Positions 15,283 to 25,530 of a DNA stretch of 28,993 bases are shown piece by piece. The DNA is from a virus (taxonomy: Duplodnaviria; Caudoviricetes), in IMG/VR virus record IMGVR_UViG_3300008255_000377, positions 1 to 28,993 of that record. The stretch is one strand, 5' to 3'. A model generated the notes under the pieces. It worked only from the letters and a program-made list of their open reading frames with translations. It was not told where the DNA came from and ran no database searches. Within the stretch, counting starts at the first letter, position 1. Each line of letters begins with the position of its first letter. The position numbers and the translations under genes are program-made.

Positions 15283-16239
15283 ATGGGCGACCTTGCAAAC
15301 TTCTATGCTCCTAAGGTGCTCGGAGAACTAGCCGTAGGTTACGGTGGACAGAACTTCGTTGCGGCCAAGGCGCTGCCTATCGTAAACACCCCGGACCAGA
15401 CCGGTCAGTTCCAGACGTTCGACAAGTCGAACATGGCGCTGGATGTTGCTGGACTGCGGACTAGTCCCACATCTGATGTAATGTACGTTGACCAGGGTGT
15501 GACAAAGACCGACTATGCCGTCAAGGGCTATGGTGCCAGGGCTTTCGTTCCTAATGCTAAGGACGAAGATGTAGCGGGTCAGTATCTGGCCTCAGCTGTC
15601 CACGTTGTGATGGGTAACCTACTTCGTGTCCGAGAGAGTGTTGGGCTGAGTCTCATCGCCAACTGTGGTAACTCCACGTCTCTGACGACTAAGTGGGATG
15701 CTGCCGGTGCCACCTTCGGTACTGTGGTTGCTGGTGTGCAGGAGATGCAGGACGACCTCATCACCAACTCCGGTATGCGTGGCAACATCCTCGTGATGGG
15801 TCAGGATGCTTGGGCTCTAGTTGCGGGTCTCGTGGCTGCGATGTCGTTCGATATCGGTATCCCCTCGACTCGTACCGTGGCGCAGCGTCTCGGACTGTCG
15901 GACATCCTCGTGGCTGAAGCTTCTTACGTGACCGAGATTAATAACGGAGCGTGGGATTCTAACGTTGACTTCTGGACTGCTGGTAATGTGGCCCTGTTGA
16001 ATAACGGTCTACCCACGATGCCCGAAAGCTCGGGTGACTTGGATAGCTCGGAGTTCATCCCCTCGTATGGTAAGCTGGTTCAGTGGACCAACGGTTCCGT
16101 GATGAACGGTATCGAATGGCGCTCGGTTGAGAACCCCCTCAAGGGCTCCCACGGTGGTGTCGATGTCTTTGGTACTCTGTACATCACCGCTGTTGAACAA
16201 ATCAACGGTGCCTGCACCATCGCTGACGTTACCACCTAG
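15283..16239 (+). CDS. Major capsid protein (HK97 fold)
   Basis: 318 aa, position after the cement gene, LGELAVGY...FVAAKALPIV and GNILVMGQDAW motifs, AAGGAG RBS. Confidence 0.85.
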   Translation: MGDLANFYAPKVLGELAVGYGGQNFVAAKALPIVNTPDQTGQFQTFDKSNMALDVAGLRTSPTSDVMYVDQGVTKTDYAVKGYGARAFVPNAKDEDVAGQYLASAVHVVMGNLLRVRESVGLSLIANCGNSTSLTTKWDAAGATFGTVVAGVQEMQDDLITNSGMRGNILVMGQDAWALVAGLVAAMSFDIGIPSTRTVAQRLGLSDILVAEASYVTEINNGAWDSNVDFWTAGNVALLNNGLPTMPESSGDLDSSEFIPSYGKLVQWTNGSVMNGIEWRSVENPLKGSHGGVDVFGTLYITAVEQINGACTIADVTT

Positions 16240-16248
16240 GAGTAAAGG

Positions 16249-16527
16249 ATGCCAAAGTCAAAAGTTAAGACCGAGGCTCCAGTGATGGAGGAGCCACTTC
16301 TTGATGAGGTGGCTCCTACCATCCAACTCCTTATCGTCCAGGTAACTGCTGGAAACCTCTACAAGCGACGAAACGGGGAGACCTTTAAGGTTATCCAAAC
16401 ACCAGAGGTGGATAGTTATATCTCCCTGGGCCTTCTCTCCGTAATTGGAACAGTAGAAGTTCCAGAAGACCACGCCCCCTATTACACACTCAAGGCTCAG
16501 GCAATGTGTGGGTGTGGGAGGTCATAA
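16249..16527 (+). CDS. Hypothetical head-associated protein
   Basis: 92 aa, AGGAG RBS, ends MCGCGRS. Confidence 0.65.
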   Translation: MPKSKVKTEAPVMEEPLLDEVAPTIQLLIVQVTAGNLYKRRNGETFKVIQTPEVDSYISLGLLSVIGTVEVPEDHAPYYTLKAQAMCGCGRS

Positions 16528-17003
16528 TGGCTAATGTCTCAGAACTAGACATCAACACAATTGTGGATAGTCTCGAGATGGAGCTTAACGACCTCGACCT
16601 CCTAGTCGCTGTTGGACGAACAGCTGAACAATTAGTCAGTAGCGTGGCTCCCAAACTCCTGGACTATATCAACTCCTTCCTCTTCGCTCTTTATGAACCT
16701 CAGGAGAGTCCACTAGAGAGTCAAACACTGACTATCCTCAGTTGGTTGTGTATCGGTGAAGTTCTATCTCTAGCTTATCGGAACTCCGTCATATCGGAGA
16801 AGGAATGGTCAGACCTCTGGTTGGAAAGAGCCAACAGTTGGCTGACTATGATAGCGAAAGGCAAGATGGGACTATCTTCTCCATCTAGGCAGACGAACTA
16901 CACTCCGAAGTTTGACGGAGAACCTAGATACTTCACAATGCGTAGTAGTGATGACTTCACTAGGACAGGGATTCTGGACTTGAATACCCTGTTCGGAGAG
17001 TAA
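16527..17003 (+). CDS. Head-tail adaptor (Mu gp36/DUF1320-like)
   Basis: DYINSFLFALYE...ANSWLTMIAKGKMGL pattern. GGAGG RBS. Confidence 0.7.
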   Translation: MANVSELDINTIVDSLEMELNDLDLLVAVGRTAEQLVSSVAPKLLDYINSFLFALYEPQESPLESQTLTILSWLCIGEVLSLAYRNSVISEKEWSDLWLERANSWLTMIAKGKMGLSSPSRQTNYTPKFDGEPRYFTMRSSDDFTRTGILDLNTLFGE

Positions 17004-17004
17004 G

Positions 17005-17466
17005 GTGGCTGCAGGAACCTACATCCTAGACTTATTTGATGAGGTCAAGCAACTCATAGGACCATTGAATGTCCTCCTAGTAGAGGAGGGACTTAATGAG
17101 TTAAGTGAGATTAATGACCAATTCGTCAAGGCTGGAGTAAGACAGCGACCCTATATGTTAATCAACCTAACACAAAGGAAGATATCTAGGGTAGCGTGCC
17201 AAGACCAGGAGTTCGATGTAGAGGAAAACGTCCCTATCCTTCTCGAGACTTACGTCAGAGGAGACCAGAGAGATGCTATTCTCTATGAAGGAATCATCAA
17301 GCGATGGTTCAAGGGGCAGGAATCATTCCTCCGCTCTCGTATTACTGATGCAGCTCTAGTAGTAATTCATCCGGAGACATCTAGTCTGACGGTAGACAAG
17401 GAACACACCAACTCTGACGGGTGGTTGGTCTCGGCTCAATTCACAGTAAAGTTCAACTGGTCATAG
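17005..17466 (+). CDS. Putative tail terminator/completion protein
   Basis: GTG start with GGAG RBS; 153 aa immediately before the tail tube. Positional call. Confidence 0.5.
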   Translation: MAAGTYILDLFDEVKQLIGPLNVLLVEEGLNELSEINDQFVKAGVRQRPYMLINLTQRKISRVACQDQEFDVEENVPILLETYVRGDQRDAILYEGIIKRWFKGQESFLRSRITDAALVVIHPETSSLTVDKEHTNSDGWLVSAQFTVKFNWS

Positions 17467-17530
17467 CTGACCACTAATATGAAAGTGGAACCTAATCCAC
17501 TTTAACCTGTACAACTAAGGAGTGACGGAT

Positions 17531-17944
17531 ATGAGTATCCAATTCGTATCGACCAGTGGTCGGCTCACAATCAAAGATACTTCGGGTGGCTCGGTCTTGT
17601 TTGATGGCACTTGTGGCACCAACACCTCGTATCGTGCTTCTAGCTCGCAGACTACGGCTCAGTGCCAGGATTCAGCGGAAGAGGAAGTCTTTACGTCGGT
17701 TGTGACCCATGAGTTATCCGGAACGTATAACTACCAGACGGATGACACAACCAGTGTCCTTGGTCTGACTAACACAAGTAAGTATGCGGTCTACTTGAGT
17801 CAGAATGGTACGACCCTGTTCGCAGGGACGGTACTGCTGACTTCGGCGGAAGATAGCCAGGGTAGCCGTGGTACTCCTGAAACGGTGAGCATCTCGGCTC
17901 GTAACAGCGGGACTCCAACGACTGGTGCGTTGGCTGCGTCGTAA
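17531..17944 (+). CDS. Major tail (tube) protein, very Ser/Thr-rich
   Basis: 137 aa, beta-rich, AAGGAG RBS, flanked by hairpins. No sheath gene present. Confidence 0.7.
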   Translation: MSIQFVSTSGRLTIKDTSGGSVLFDGTCGTNTSYRASSSQTTAQCQDSAEEEVFTSVVTHELSGTYNYQTDDTTSVLGLTNTSKYAVYLSQNGTTLFAGTVLLTSAEDSQGSRGTPETVSISARNSGTPTTGALAAS

Positions 17945-17976
17945 TCTAGGGAACTTTTCCCAACCTCAGGTCTTAC

Positions 17977-18002
17977 GTTAGGAGGGGTTTTCCCCTCCTA
18001 AC
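17977..18002 (+). terminator. Stem-loop after the tail tube gene (attenuator or mRNA stabiliser)
   Basis: 11-bp stem gttaggagggg-tttt-cccctcctaac with no U-tract after it. Confidence 0.55.
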
Positions 18003-18031
18003 CCAACTTGTCAATCAGTAGAGCATCTTAT

Positions 18032-18205
18032 ATGAGTGGTAAAGTACAAATCCCACTATGGAGTTCCGACTCTAAAGTGGGATTTATACTTAATGGGAAG
18101 ACTGGGAAAAGAGTCAAGAGAGTGTTCAGGACTGAGAAAGACTGCATCACATTCAGAAATGAGTTCATTATTAAGTATGGATTGGATTATGTACCCATCA
18201 TATAA
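18032..18205 (+). CDS. Small basic protein, possibly a degenerate AP2/arm-type DNA-binding domain
   Basis: GKTGKRVKRVFRTEKDCITFRNEF resembles the three-strand plus helix end of AP2 and integrase arm-binding domains. Confidence 0.35.
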   Translation: MSGKVQIPLWSSDSKVGFILNGKTGKRVKRVFRTEKDCITFRNEFIIKYGLDYVPII

Positions 18206-18821
18206 TATTGGTAACGAAGAACTCCCCGAATATAAGATTCCTTATGTAGAGAGGCAATTACCTGGAGGGATATTATGCTACATCCATGCCCTGACCTTTC
18301 CTGATATCTCACAACTTAAAAGACTAGCCACCTTCTACACCTGCCAGAAGAAGGGTGTAGAGTTCTCCTATGAAGTAGAAGTCTCAGAGCTTACCAATAA
18401 GTTGTGCCAGGTTATTACTGCTTGTCGTACAGAACCAAACGGCAAGGATATGACTTTCCGCTTTGACTCTATGAAGGAAGTTGAAGCTATTGACCGCTTG
18501 AAGAAGTACTTCCCAGGACCAGTGATTGATATCATCTGTATGGAATCGGATAACCTCTCCCTCATCGGGTATGTCCCAATCACTGACCCCGAGGAACATA
18601 AAGCGAAGAGAGAAGCTAGTCAGCTTCTAGTTGAAGTTCTAAGTGAGCCTCAGACCTGGGAGAACTTCAACCATGTTGCTTTCTCGCTCTTTGGTAAGAG
18701 ATTAGCAGAAGTTGATATGCCTATCAGTGAAGCACTTAATCTAATGACCCGAGAGCAACACGTCAGCGATAAACTAATTGAAGCCCTGTATGAAATGGTA
18801 CAGGCTATGGTTGGGACATGA
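18177..18821 (+). CDS. Putative tail assembly chaperone (start 18177 or 18189)
   Basis: Position between the tail tube and tape measure genes. No specific motif. Confidence 0.45.
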   Translation: MDWIMYPSYNIGNEELPEYKIPYVERQLPGGILCYIHALTFPDISQLKRLATFYTCQKKGVEFSYEVEVSELTNKLCQVITACRTEPNGKDMTFRFDSMKEVEAIDRLKKYFPGPVIDIICMESDNLSLIGYVPITDPEEHKAKREASQLLVEVLSEPQTWENFNHVAFSLFGKRLAEVDMPISEALNLMTREQHVSDKLIEALYEMVQAMVGT

Positions 18822-19195
18822 CGATTGACGGATTCATAACTCAATTCAAGGAGGCTATGAACTTCACTAATAGTGAGGAGATAGGTCAAATCATTGTCGA
18901 TGATATCAAACGTCATATCCTAGCCTCGAGAAGTATAGATGATGTAGCCTATCCTCCGCTTGCTCCTTCTACTTTAGAGGTGAAGCGGTCTAAGGGTTAC
19001 CCACTCCAGCCACTAGTTGGGTCAGGGAAACTACTAGGCTCCATTTCATATAGTAAAGATTCCAACCTTTCTATCATCGTCTCGGTGGAGTATGCTTCCT
19101 ACCTACAGACTAAGTACAACTATATAGGTCTATCTAAAGATGGCCTCAAAGATATTGAGAAGTTAATCCAGCGGCGGCTCGACAGGATACGGTGA
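18818..19195 (+). CDS. Virion morphogenesis / tail completion protein (Mu gpG / P2 gpS-like)
   Basis: YPPLAPSTLEVKRSKG...PLVGSGKLLGSISY...VEYASYLQ motif. Confidence 0.75.
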   Translation: MTIDGFITQFKEAMNFTNSEEIGQIIVDDIKRHILASRSIDDVAYPPLAPSTLEVKRSKGYPLQPLVGSGKLLGSISYSKDSNLSIIVSVEYASYLQTKYNYIGLSKDGLKDIEKLIQRRLDRIR

Positions 19196-19198
19196 CCT

Positions 19199-22100
19199 AT
19201 GCCAGATATTAAAGTAGGTGTACAGTTTGACTTAGATGAAGCTAATCCCGCTGTGCTTGAGGAGCGACTAAAGGCTCTCAAGAAGGCTGAGGATGAGGCG
19301 GCAGAGGGTGCCCGTGACTTAGCCGGAGGTGGCCGAGAAGCTGCTAGTGGTGCTAGCGACGCAGCGGGTGGCGTCAATAAGATGGCTAGCGAGCTCCGTC
19401 AGTTGAAGAACATCAACGCTAAGCAGTTGATGCTCGATATCAACCGGGCCATGGCTGATGGTGCTAGAGTCATCTCTAATGTTGCCAAGAATCTTGGAAA
19501 CATGACTGCTGAGTCTGCGAAGGCTTGGCATGAGATGAAGATTCTTGCCGACACGGTAGGTCTCGCTTGGGATGAAGTCGATAGCTTAGGAGATGTGGCA
19601 GACCTTGCAGGTGTCGGACTAAGCGGCCTGCAGAAGTTGATGACCCGTCTAGCTACTGATACTGTTGATGCAACGGGTGGACTGACTGCTACAGGTAAGG
19701 TTGTTCAGAGCCTAGGTGTCAACCTACTAGATGCTAATGGTAACCTGCGGGAGACTGGTCCACTACTGAAGGACACACTAGACCAAATCCTCAAACTGGA
19801 TAGTGATACCCAGAAGATTAATATCTTTGGGCAAATCTTTGGTAAGCGAGATGTAAGCTTCATACGGCAGGCTATCTCCCAAGGTGCTAAGGACTTCCAA
19901 GGATTAGTAGGTGCTGGAAGCCCCATTCTCAATGATGCCGACATTAGAGTCCTTGATAAGTACAATGAGCAGTTATTTCGTCTGAATGATACTCTCGCTG
20001 ATATTAAGTCTAAGGGTTCCGCTGACTTCGCTAGAATGTTCGGGCCTTCCCTCGAGAAACTAGAGAGTGGACTTTCCTCTCTCGCCCAGAAGTACCCATT
20101 CCTTGGTGGTGTGATTAACTTTTCCAAAGCCGCTGGTGGTAGCTTACCAGAGTTACTTCAAGCGGTGGCTGACCTTACTGTAACGGTTAAGCTGCTGGGT
20201 GGTTCTGAGGGAGCTACTAATCTCCTTGGTGGGGGTGCCGCAGGTGCCGCCGGTGGTGCCGCAGCTGCCGCCGCTGCAAGGAGAATAGCAGCAGAGATAG
20301 AATTTGCAAAAGCAACAGCAAAAGTTAAAACCCTTGCTGGTGCTGTACCACCTGCTCAACTCGGTGCAATGTTAAACCAGAGAGCAGCTGCAAACGCTGA
20401 GTTAGCAGCTTCAGAGGTGGCGTTAGGGGCGGCCACCAAGGTTTCGAGATTCACCAAGGTTCTTAAACTCTTTGGTGCAGCTATACCAGCAATAGCTGTG
20501 GCGGCTGGTGCATTCTTCTTAGGTAAACAACTTTCAGGTGGGGGTGCCGCAGAAGCTCAGAATGTAGAGAACGAAGGAAGAGCAAGGGACCAAGTTGCTC
20601 AGGCACTCGCTACTAGTGGTGGGAATGTCACGGTTACCTCTGACGGTAAGGCTCACATCATAGCAACCATTGAAGAGTACGACAAGATTATCAAGGAGGA
20701 GCTTGATAAGCGTCGGGGTGGATGGGCTAAGAGGCTATGGTCATGGCTAAGTGGTAGAGACCCGGGTTTGGAGGATTGGGATTTCGGAGTCAAGGGGAAT
20801 GGTGCAACTTCCGAGAACTCCCCACGTTTCCAGGGCATGGCTAAACAAGCCGCTGACTTAAGTTTGGAGCTTTCAGAAGTAAACAAGGAACTCGAGAAGT
20901 TTGATAAGAAGATAAAGGAGCTTACCCCTGACCAATTGAACATGGATTTGGGGGATGTCTCAGCTTCCGCTCTTGACAAGGCTGTCCGAGATAATCCTGC
21001 CATCCAAGCAGCACTCGGTGGTGACCCAGCTGCTCTGGCTAAGGCTAAGGAAGACCTTGCTGTAGCGAAGGAGAAGCTGTCCGTACTTCAAGCACAGGGG
21101 GAAGAAGCTCGGAAGTCCAATGCTGCAATTGATGCCGAGATTGCTGCCGCCGAGGCTAAGATTGAAAGAATAAAGAGAGGGGATAAGCTAGAAAGCCGTG
21201 GATTGGTGATGACTATATCAGAGAAAGAACGACTGATTGCCCCAGTCCAGGAAAGACTAGATATATTAAAGAGCATGGAACGTGCTGTTGCTCCGTCTGG
21301 ATTAGATACTGCAGGTGCTGATGTTGCTTCTCTCGAACAACTTGTCCAAAGTCTGAAGGACCGCAATACTCTGGAGGATGAGGCTATTGCTAAACTTAAG
21401 GACCAGCTGAAGGTTTATCGTGACCAGGTCAGCTTCCTGGAAGGACAGAAAGCTGCCGGGGTACAAATCAGCAATGCAGAGATTCAGGCTGCAAGAGATA
21501 GAGTCTCCCAGACCGAGGAAGAACTCGAGCTGATAAAGAAGAAGAGAGAGGAAATGGAGAAGATGCTCAAGCTCCGTATCCTCGAAATCCAGATGTCGAA
21601 GAATGCTCAGATAATCGAAGAAGCCAAGCTAATCGATAACATGTCACCCGCTGGCATTAAGATGATTGCGGGGTCTTCTCCGTCTGGCAAGTTGTTCTCC
21701 GCTCAAGCTAGACAGATAGAGATGGAGTATCAGAAGGACCTCCTAGAAGGTACTATCCCGAAGGAAGAAGCGGTGCGGAAGCGTCACATCGCCATGTTTG
21801 AGTTGAAGCTCACCGCCTTCAAGGATAACGTCGAGAAGCTCCGTAAACTTTCCGAGGCAACACTAAGAAACATCGATGCTCAGATGAGCCTAGCGGTAGA
21901 AGTAGGGGATGAGGCTCTAGTCCAGAAGTTACAGAAGCAGCGGGAAATCATCCAACAGGAACTGATTGCCCGGCAGGCTGACATTGCCTCCCTAGGTGAC
22001 CCTGTAGAACTGAAGACCCTCAACACTATGAAGTTGGCCGAGGCTCTACGTAAACTAGAAGAAGCTCTCGGTAATATTAGGAATCACTTCGAGCGCATCG

Positions 22101-23221
22101 CCTCCATTAATCAATCTCTCGCTACTAAGGCTGATGCTACCGCTGGGTTATTCAAAGCAGCGGAGCAGTTGGATGCTGCCAGACATGGTGACCAAGACTA
22201 CCGCAATCCTGTTAGGACTCAGAACATCTTAGAGGAAGAGCGGAAATCAAGGGAGGCTAGACTTAAGGCAGCTAGAGCGGAAGAGGAGTCTATCCAGAAG
22301 CAGGTAGCTGAGCGGCGGAAGGCTAACAATGGAGTACTAACTCCTCAAATGTCTGCTGACTTGGCTAATGCTAAACGAGCTCGAGAGACTGCCGAGTCTA
22401 ATATCCAAGCTGAGGAACTCCTAAGTAGAGCTGACCTAGCCACTAAAGCATTCGAGACTAGGAGTAAATCAGTCGGGAACTACTTAGAGTCACTAAAGGC
22501 TCTAGTGGATTATTACTCTACCGTCAAGGATATTGAGGAAGAGTTCAATACTAGGCGGAAGTTAGCACTGGCTGAGTACCGAGCCGCTCTCATGGATGGC
22601 AATAAAGCAAATGACCTTATTGCTGCTCAGGTCTACCAGAACAGCCTACTGTCTCTAAGGATTGAAAAGAAAGCTGCTCTCAAAGCAGACAAGGAGGCTC
22701 AGCAGGAAGACGAAATCTCTAAGATGCAGAAGGAATTGAGGCTTGCTCAATCCTACTACAACATCTCAGAGTTGACTAAGGAGTCTATGGAGGTTCGCCT
22801 CTCCCGCTTCGATGATGTAATAGAAAGGATGAAGGCCCTCGAAGAACTCTATAAGAACCAGGGGAAACTAGCGGAGGCTCTAGTAATACAGGAACAGCGC
22901 ATTAGGATGGAGAAGGAGAAGCAGTCCAAGCTCTCGTTTGGGCAGGAGCTACTTCTGGCATCTGGTGGGGCTAAGCAGGGTATCCAGGACTTCCTAGATA
23001 AGCGATTCTCTACCGGTGTCCTTGAGAGTCTGACTCCGTCCCCCTGGGTTAGCCCGAAGGACTTAGAGAACCTCAAGAAGGGTTTAGGGAAGGAACTAGC
23101 AGATACATTAGGGCAGGTATTTGCTGGGGACATTGAGGGTATCCCTTCTGGTCAAGTATCCAAGATACGGGAGGCTTTACAGGCTAACATCTTGGGGTTG
23201 CTCGAGAGGGTATTAGGATAA
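19199..23221 (+). CDS. Tape measure protein
   Basis: 1340 aa, Ala/Glu/Lys-rich and helical, with LGVNLLDANGNLR..QIFGK TMP-type motif and hydrophobic segments. Confidence 0.9.
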   Translation: MPDIKVGVQFDLDEANPAVLEERLKALKKAEDEAAEGARDLAGGGREAASGASDAAGGVNKMASELRQLKNINAKQLMLDINRAMADGARVISNVAKNLGNMTAESAKAWHEMKILADTVGLAWDEVDSLGDVADLAGVGLSGLQKLMTRLATDTVDATGGLTATGKVVQSLGVNLLDANGNLRETGPLLKDTLDQILKLDSDTQKINIFGQIFGKRDVSFIRQAISQGAKDFQGLVGAGSPILNDADIRVLDKYNEQLFRLNDTLADIKSKGSADFARMFGPSLEKLESGLSSLAQKYPFLGGVINFSKAAGGSLPELLQAVADLTVTVKLLGGSEGATNLLGGGAAGAAGGAAAAAAARRIAAEIEFAKATAKVKTLAGAVPPAQLGAMLNQRAAANAELAASEVALGAATKVSRFTKVLKLFGAAIPAIAVAAGAFFLGKQLSGGGAAEAQNVENEGRARDQVAQALATSGGNVTVTSDGKAHIIATIEEYDKIIKEELDKRRGGWAKRLWSWLSGRDPGLEDWDFGVKGNGATSENSPRFQGMAKQAADLSLELSEVNKELEKFDKKIKELTPDQLNMDLGDVSASALDKAVRDNPAIQAALGGDPAALAKAKEDLAVAKEKLSVLQAQGEEARKSNAAIDAEIAAAEAKIERIKRGDKLESRGLVMTISEKERLIAPVQERLDILKSMERAVAPSGLDTAGADVASLEQLVQSLKDRNTLEDEAIAKLKDQLKVYRDQVSFLEGQKAAGVQISNAEIQAARDRVSQTEEELELIKKKREEMEKMLKLRILEIQMSKNAQIIEEAKLIDNMSPAGIKMIAGSSPSGKLFSAQARQIEMEYQKDLLEGTIPKEEAVRKRHIAMFELKLTAFKDNVEKLRKLSEATLRNIDAQMSLAVEVGDEALVQKLQKQREIIQQELIARQADIASLGDPVELKTLNTMKLAEALRKLEEALGNIRNHFERIASINQSLATKADATAGLFKAAEQLDAARHGDQDYRNPVRTQNILEEERKSREARLKAARAEEESIQKQVAERRKANNGVLTPQMSADLANAKRARETAESNIQAEELLSRADLATKAFETRSKSVGNYLESLKALVDYYSTVKDIEEEFNTRRKLALAEYRAALMDGNKANDLIAAQVYQNSLLSLRIEKKAALKADKEAQQEDEISKMQKELRLAQSYYNISELTKESMEVRLSRFDDVIERMKALEELYKNQGKLAEALVIQEQRIRMEKEKQSKLSFGQELLLASGGAKQGIQDFLDKRFSTGVLESLTPSPWVSPKDLENLKKGLGKELADTLGQVFAGDIEGIPSGQVSKIREALQANILGLLERVLG

Positions 23222-25530
23222 TGGCAGACAAAGTCTACATCAATGTGCCCTCAATCGAGGAGCTCGAGGAGGGGCACGTCTCCCTTGTTCGCCTAGCCTC
23301 TGGGGACTTTAATGTCTCCTCAGTGAATTCCGTACCTGACATAATCTATGAACCACTCTCTCAGATGTATATTGCTAACCCTGTACCTATTCCTGATGAG
23401 CGGGATGATGCTGATGTCCTCGCTGATTGGGCGGTAACTGGCAGCTCCATGATTGTTATGGATAGACCAGATACTGGTAAGGGAATCTCTCTCATTGCAG
23501 AGAGTCTTTCTTCCGAGTGGGTACTAGAGACGGAAGCCTATGATGCCATTGAATATGGCAGGGGCTACTACATAGACTTCATGCCTCTCAGACCGTCGGA
23601 TAATGATTACATCAACCGGCCTATCTCCCTCTTCTGGGGTGGGTTCTCTAACCAAGAGGACCCAGGGGTTCCTGGCTCCGCTGTAATCTATAAGCACAAG
23701 CTGGAAGTAAGCTCTAATGAGTCCGGTGCTGCGGTAGCCACGACGTATGAGTACAACCAGGACTATACAGGAGCGACAAATCAGACGGAGTGGTTCAACT
23801 TGGGGAGCTTCAACCTAGTAGCTAAGGACTTCTTCAATAGAAGCCACCGCATCTGGTTGCAGCCTATTACAGAGCGGCGGTTCATTATTAAGAACCCCAC
23901 TACTGGAGCAGGTGCTGTCTTTGGCATCAAGCGGTCAAGTAGAGTAGAGGTTGCACTCCCCGAGGAGGCTGGGGGGGGTACAGATGAGGTGGGTTACACT
24001 TGGGCTAACTCTAAGTTCCAAGTCACTGGGACTGGTACAGCTTGGGTAGTCCTACGTGATATCGAGTATCCTGACTCATTTACTCTTCTGTCTAAGGATT
24101 ACACGGAGATTGGTTACACCTCGACCCAGAACTTTGAAGTAGATAGTAGATGGTATGCCCCTGACAATTTGGGGTCAGATACTGCTTGGACTTCCGCTCT
24201 CACTATCTACAATGGAGACGATAATGTTTGGGACGGTAACGGAGGAAGTAAGTACCGCTGGACTTGGGTAATCACTGCTCCTACAGACGGTACCCTTCCA
24301 TTATCAACGAAACGTGCCGCTACGATTGCTCACTTAAAGTTCCTACTGGACCCAGTGGTTCAATCTAATGGACTCTCAGCGGTAGATATTGTAGCGGATA
24401 GCCGATTCTGCCTTGAGAAGTTGAGGGAGACAAGGAGTCAGGAAGATGATAAGTCCCTGCTCTCTATTTCCGTCCTAGGTGCTAGAACTGATTTTGATGA
24501 TGTTGACTGGCCTAAACTTAATGGTAGGTGTCAGTGGCACATTGATACTGGGGTTGGTGACTACATCCGCTTCGACGGATTCATTGATGAGGTACAAGGT
24601 AGTAAGTTCGTAGACCATTCCACATCTGACTATTACATAAAGTATGATGTCTCAGTTAAGAGTCGGTGGCGGGATGCTGAGTTCTCCGTCTTCACCGGTT
24701 CCTACGACTTGGACGGAATGGAAAGGGAGGATGTCTACCGTTTACTCGGCACCCAGATGGGGCTAGCCACCTTGACGGAGATGTCAATAGGTACCCTCAC
24801 TGCTTCCCAACCCTTGCCGTCTGGAGAGATAGGAAAGGAACCAACCCTCAAGACTTCAATAGGTCAATCCGTCCTAGATGTCTTCAAGGATGTTGAGGAG
24901 TTCTATGCTGTTGATGACCGTCTTATCTTTAAGGATGACGGAACAGGTAATGTGAAACTCTTTATCACTGCTTTAAGTGATGCAACAGTTGGCACAATTG
25001 TCCGAGCTGATAGTACGCAAGCTACGGCTCTAGTTGTGGCTTCCGCTGGTGGTAATAACACACCGCAGCGAGTCATTGCTAATGATAGGCAGTTCTTCAA
25101 TGATATCTACGTTATTGGTGGTGGTGTAGATGTAGGGGAGGGGACGAAGACAAAGGGGGAGGTATTTGTGGCAAACTACCGCTACCCTCCGAGTTGGCAG
25201 GACACCTCTGACCCTCTCTACATTCGTCGGCGAAGATTACTGATAGCCATCAATCCCGCTTGGAATAGTCAGGGGTTGGTTAATCTTGTAGGGTATGCCT
25301 TATTCCACAAATATGTTAGGTTCGATGTCGGGCTCTCGATAGATTCACACCTTCAGTACAACATTTACCCTGGGGATGTTGTGACTCTTGCTGCTGGGGG
25401 AGAGACTGGGGCCACTAACTTACTCCTACGGATTAAATCAATTTCCGCTAATATTGCAGACGGTGGGAATGGTCTTGCTCGTCCTCTATCTAGGCGTTAC
25501 CCATGCACTTACGAAACTGAGGTGCTTTAA
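23221..25530 (+). CDS. Minor tail / baseplate hub-type protein
   Basis: 769 aa, beta-rich, after the TMP. C-terminal IYPGDVVTL...RIKSIS resembles hub/Tal proteins. Confidence 0.65.
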   Translation: MADKVYINVPSIEELEEGHVSLVRLASGDFNVSSVNSVPDIIYEPLSQMYIANPVPIPDERDDADVLADWAVTGSSMIVMDRPDTGKGISLIAESLSSEWVLETEAYDAIEYGRGYYIDFMPLRPSDNDYINRPISLFWGGFSNQEDPGVPGSAVIYKHKLEVSSNESGAAVATTYEYNQDYTGATNQTEWFNLGSFNLVAKDFFNRSHRIWLQPITERRFIIKNPTTGAGAVFGIKRSSRVEVALPEEAGGGTDEVGYTWANSKFQVTGTGTAWVVLRDIEYPDSFTLLSKDYTEIGYTSTQNFEVDSRWYAPDNLGSDTAWTSALTIYNGDDNVWDGNGGSKYRWTWVITAPTDGTLPLSTKRAATIAHLKFLLDPVVQSNGLSAVDIVADSRFCLEKLRETRSQEDDKSLLSISVLGARTDFDDVDWPKLNGRCQWHIDTGVGDYIRFDGFIDEVQGSKFVDHSTSDYYIKYDVSVKSRWRDAEFSVFTGSYDLDGMEREDVYRLLGTQMGLATLTEMSIGTLTASQPLPSGEIGKEPTLKTSIGQSVLDVFKDVEEFYAVDDRLIFKDDGTGNVKLFITALSDATVGTIVRADSTQATALVVASAGGNNTPQRVIANDRQFFNDIYVIGGGVDVGEGTKTKGEVFVANYRYPPSWQDTSDPLYIRRRRLLIAINPAWNSQGLVNLVGYALFHKYVRFDVGLSIDSHLQYNIYPGDVVTLAAGGETGATNLLLRIKSISANIADGGNGLARPLSRRYPCTYETEVL

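Noticed and set aside
529-16260. Three ORFs starting with MPKS (529, 13125, 16249) as a shared targeting signal
   Set aside because: There is no similarity beyond four residues, and two of the three arise from overlap with an upstream GAT GCC TAA ending.
11999-17003. Transposable Mu-like phage
   Set aside because: Only the head genes are Mu-like. I saw no transposase A/B, Mor/C, gam or host-DNA ends.
14068-23133. Minus-strand ORFs opposite the structural genes
   Set aside because: They are shadow frames of well-supported plus-strand genes and have no recognisable motifs.
23971-23978. G8 tract as a phase-variation switch in the minor tail gene
   Set aside because: It is short, in frame and encodes Gly-Gly-Gly in a likely essential gene.
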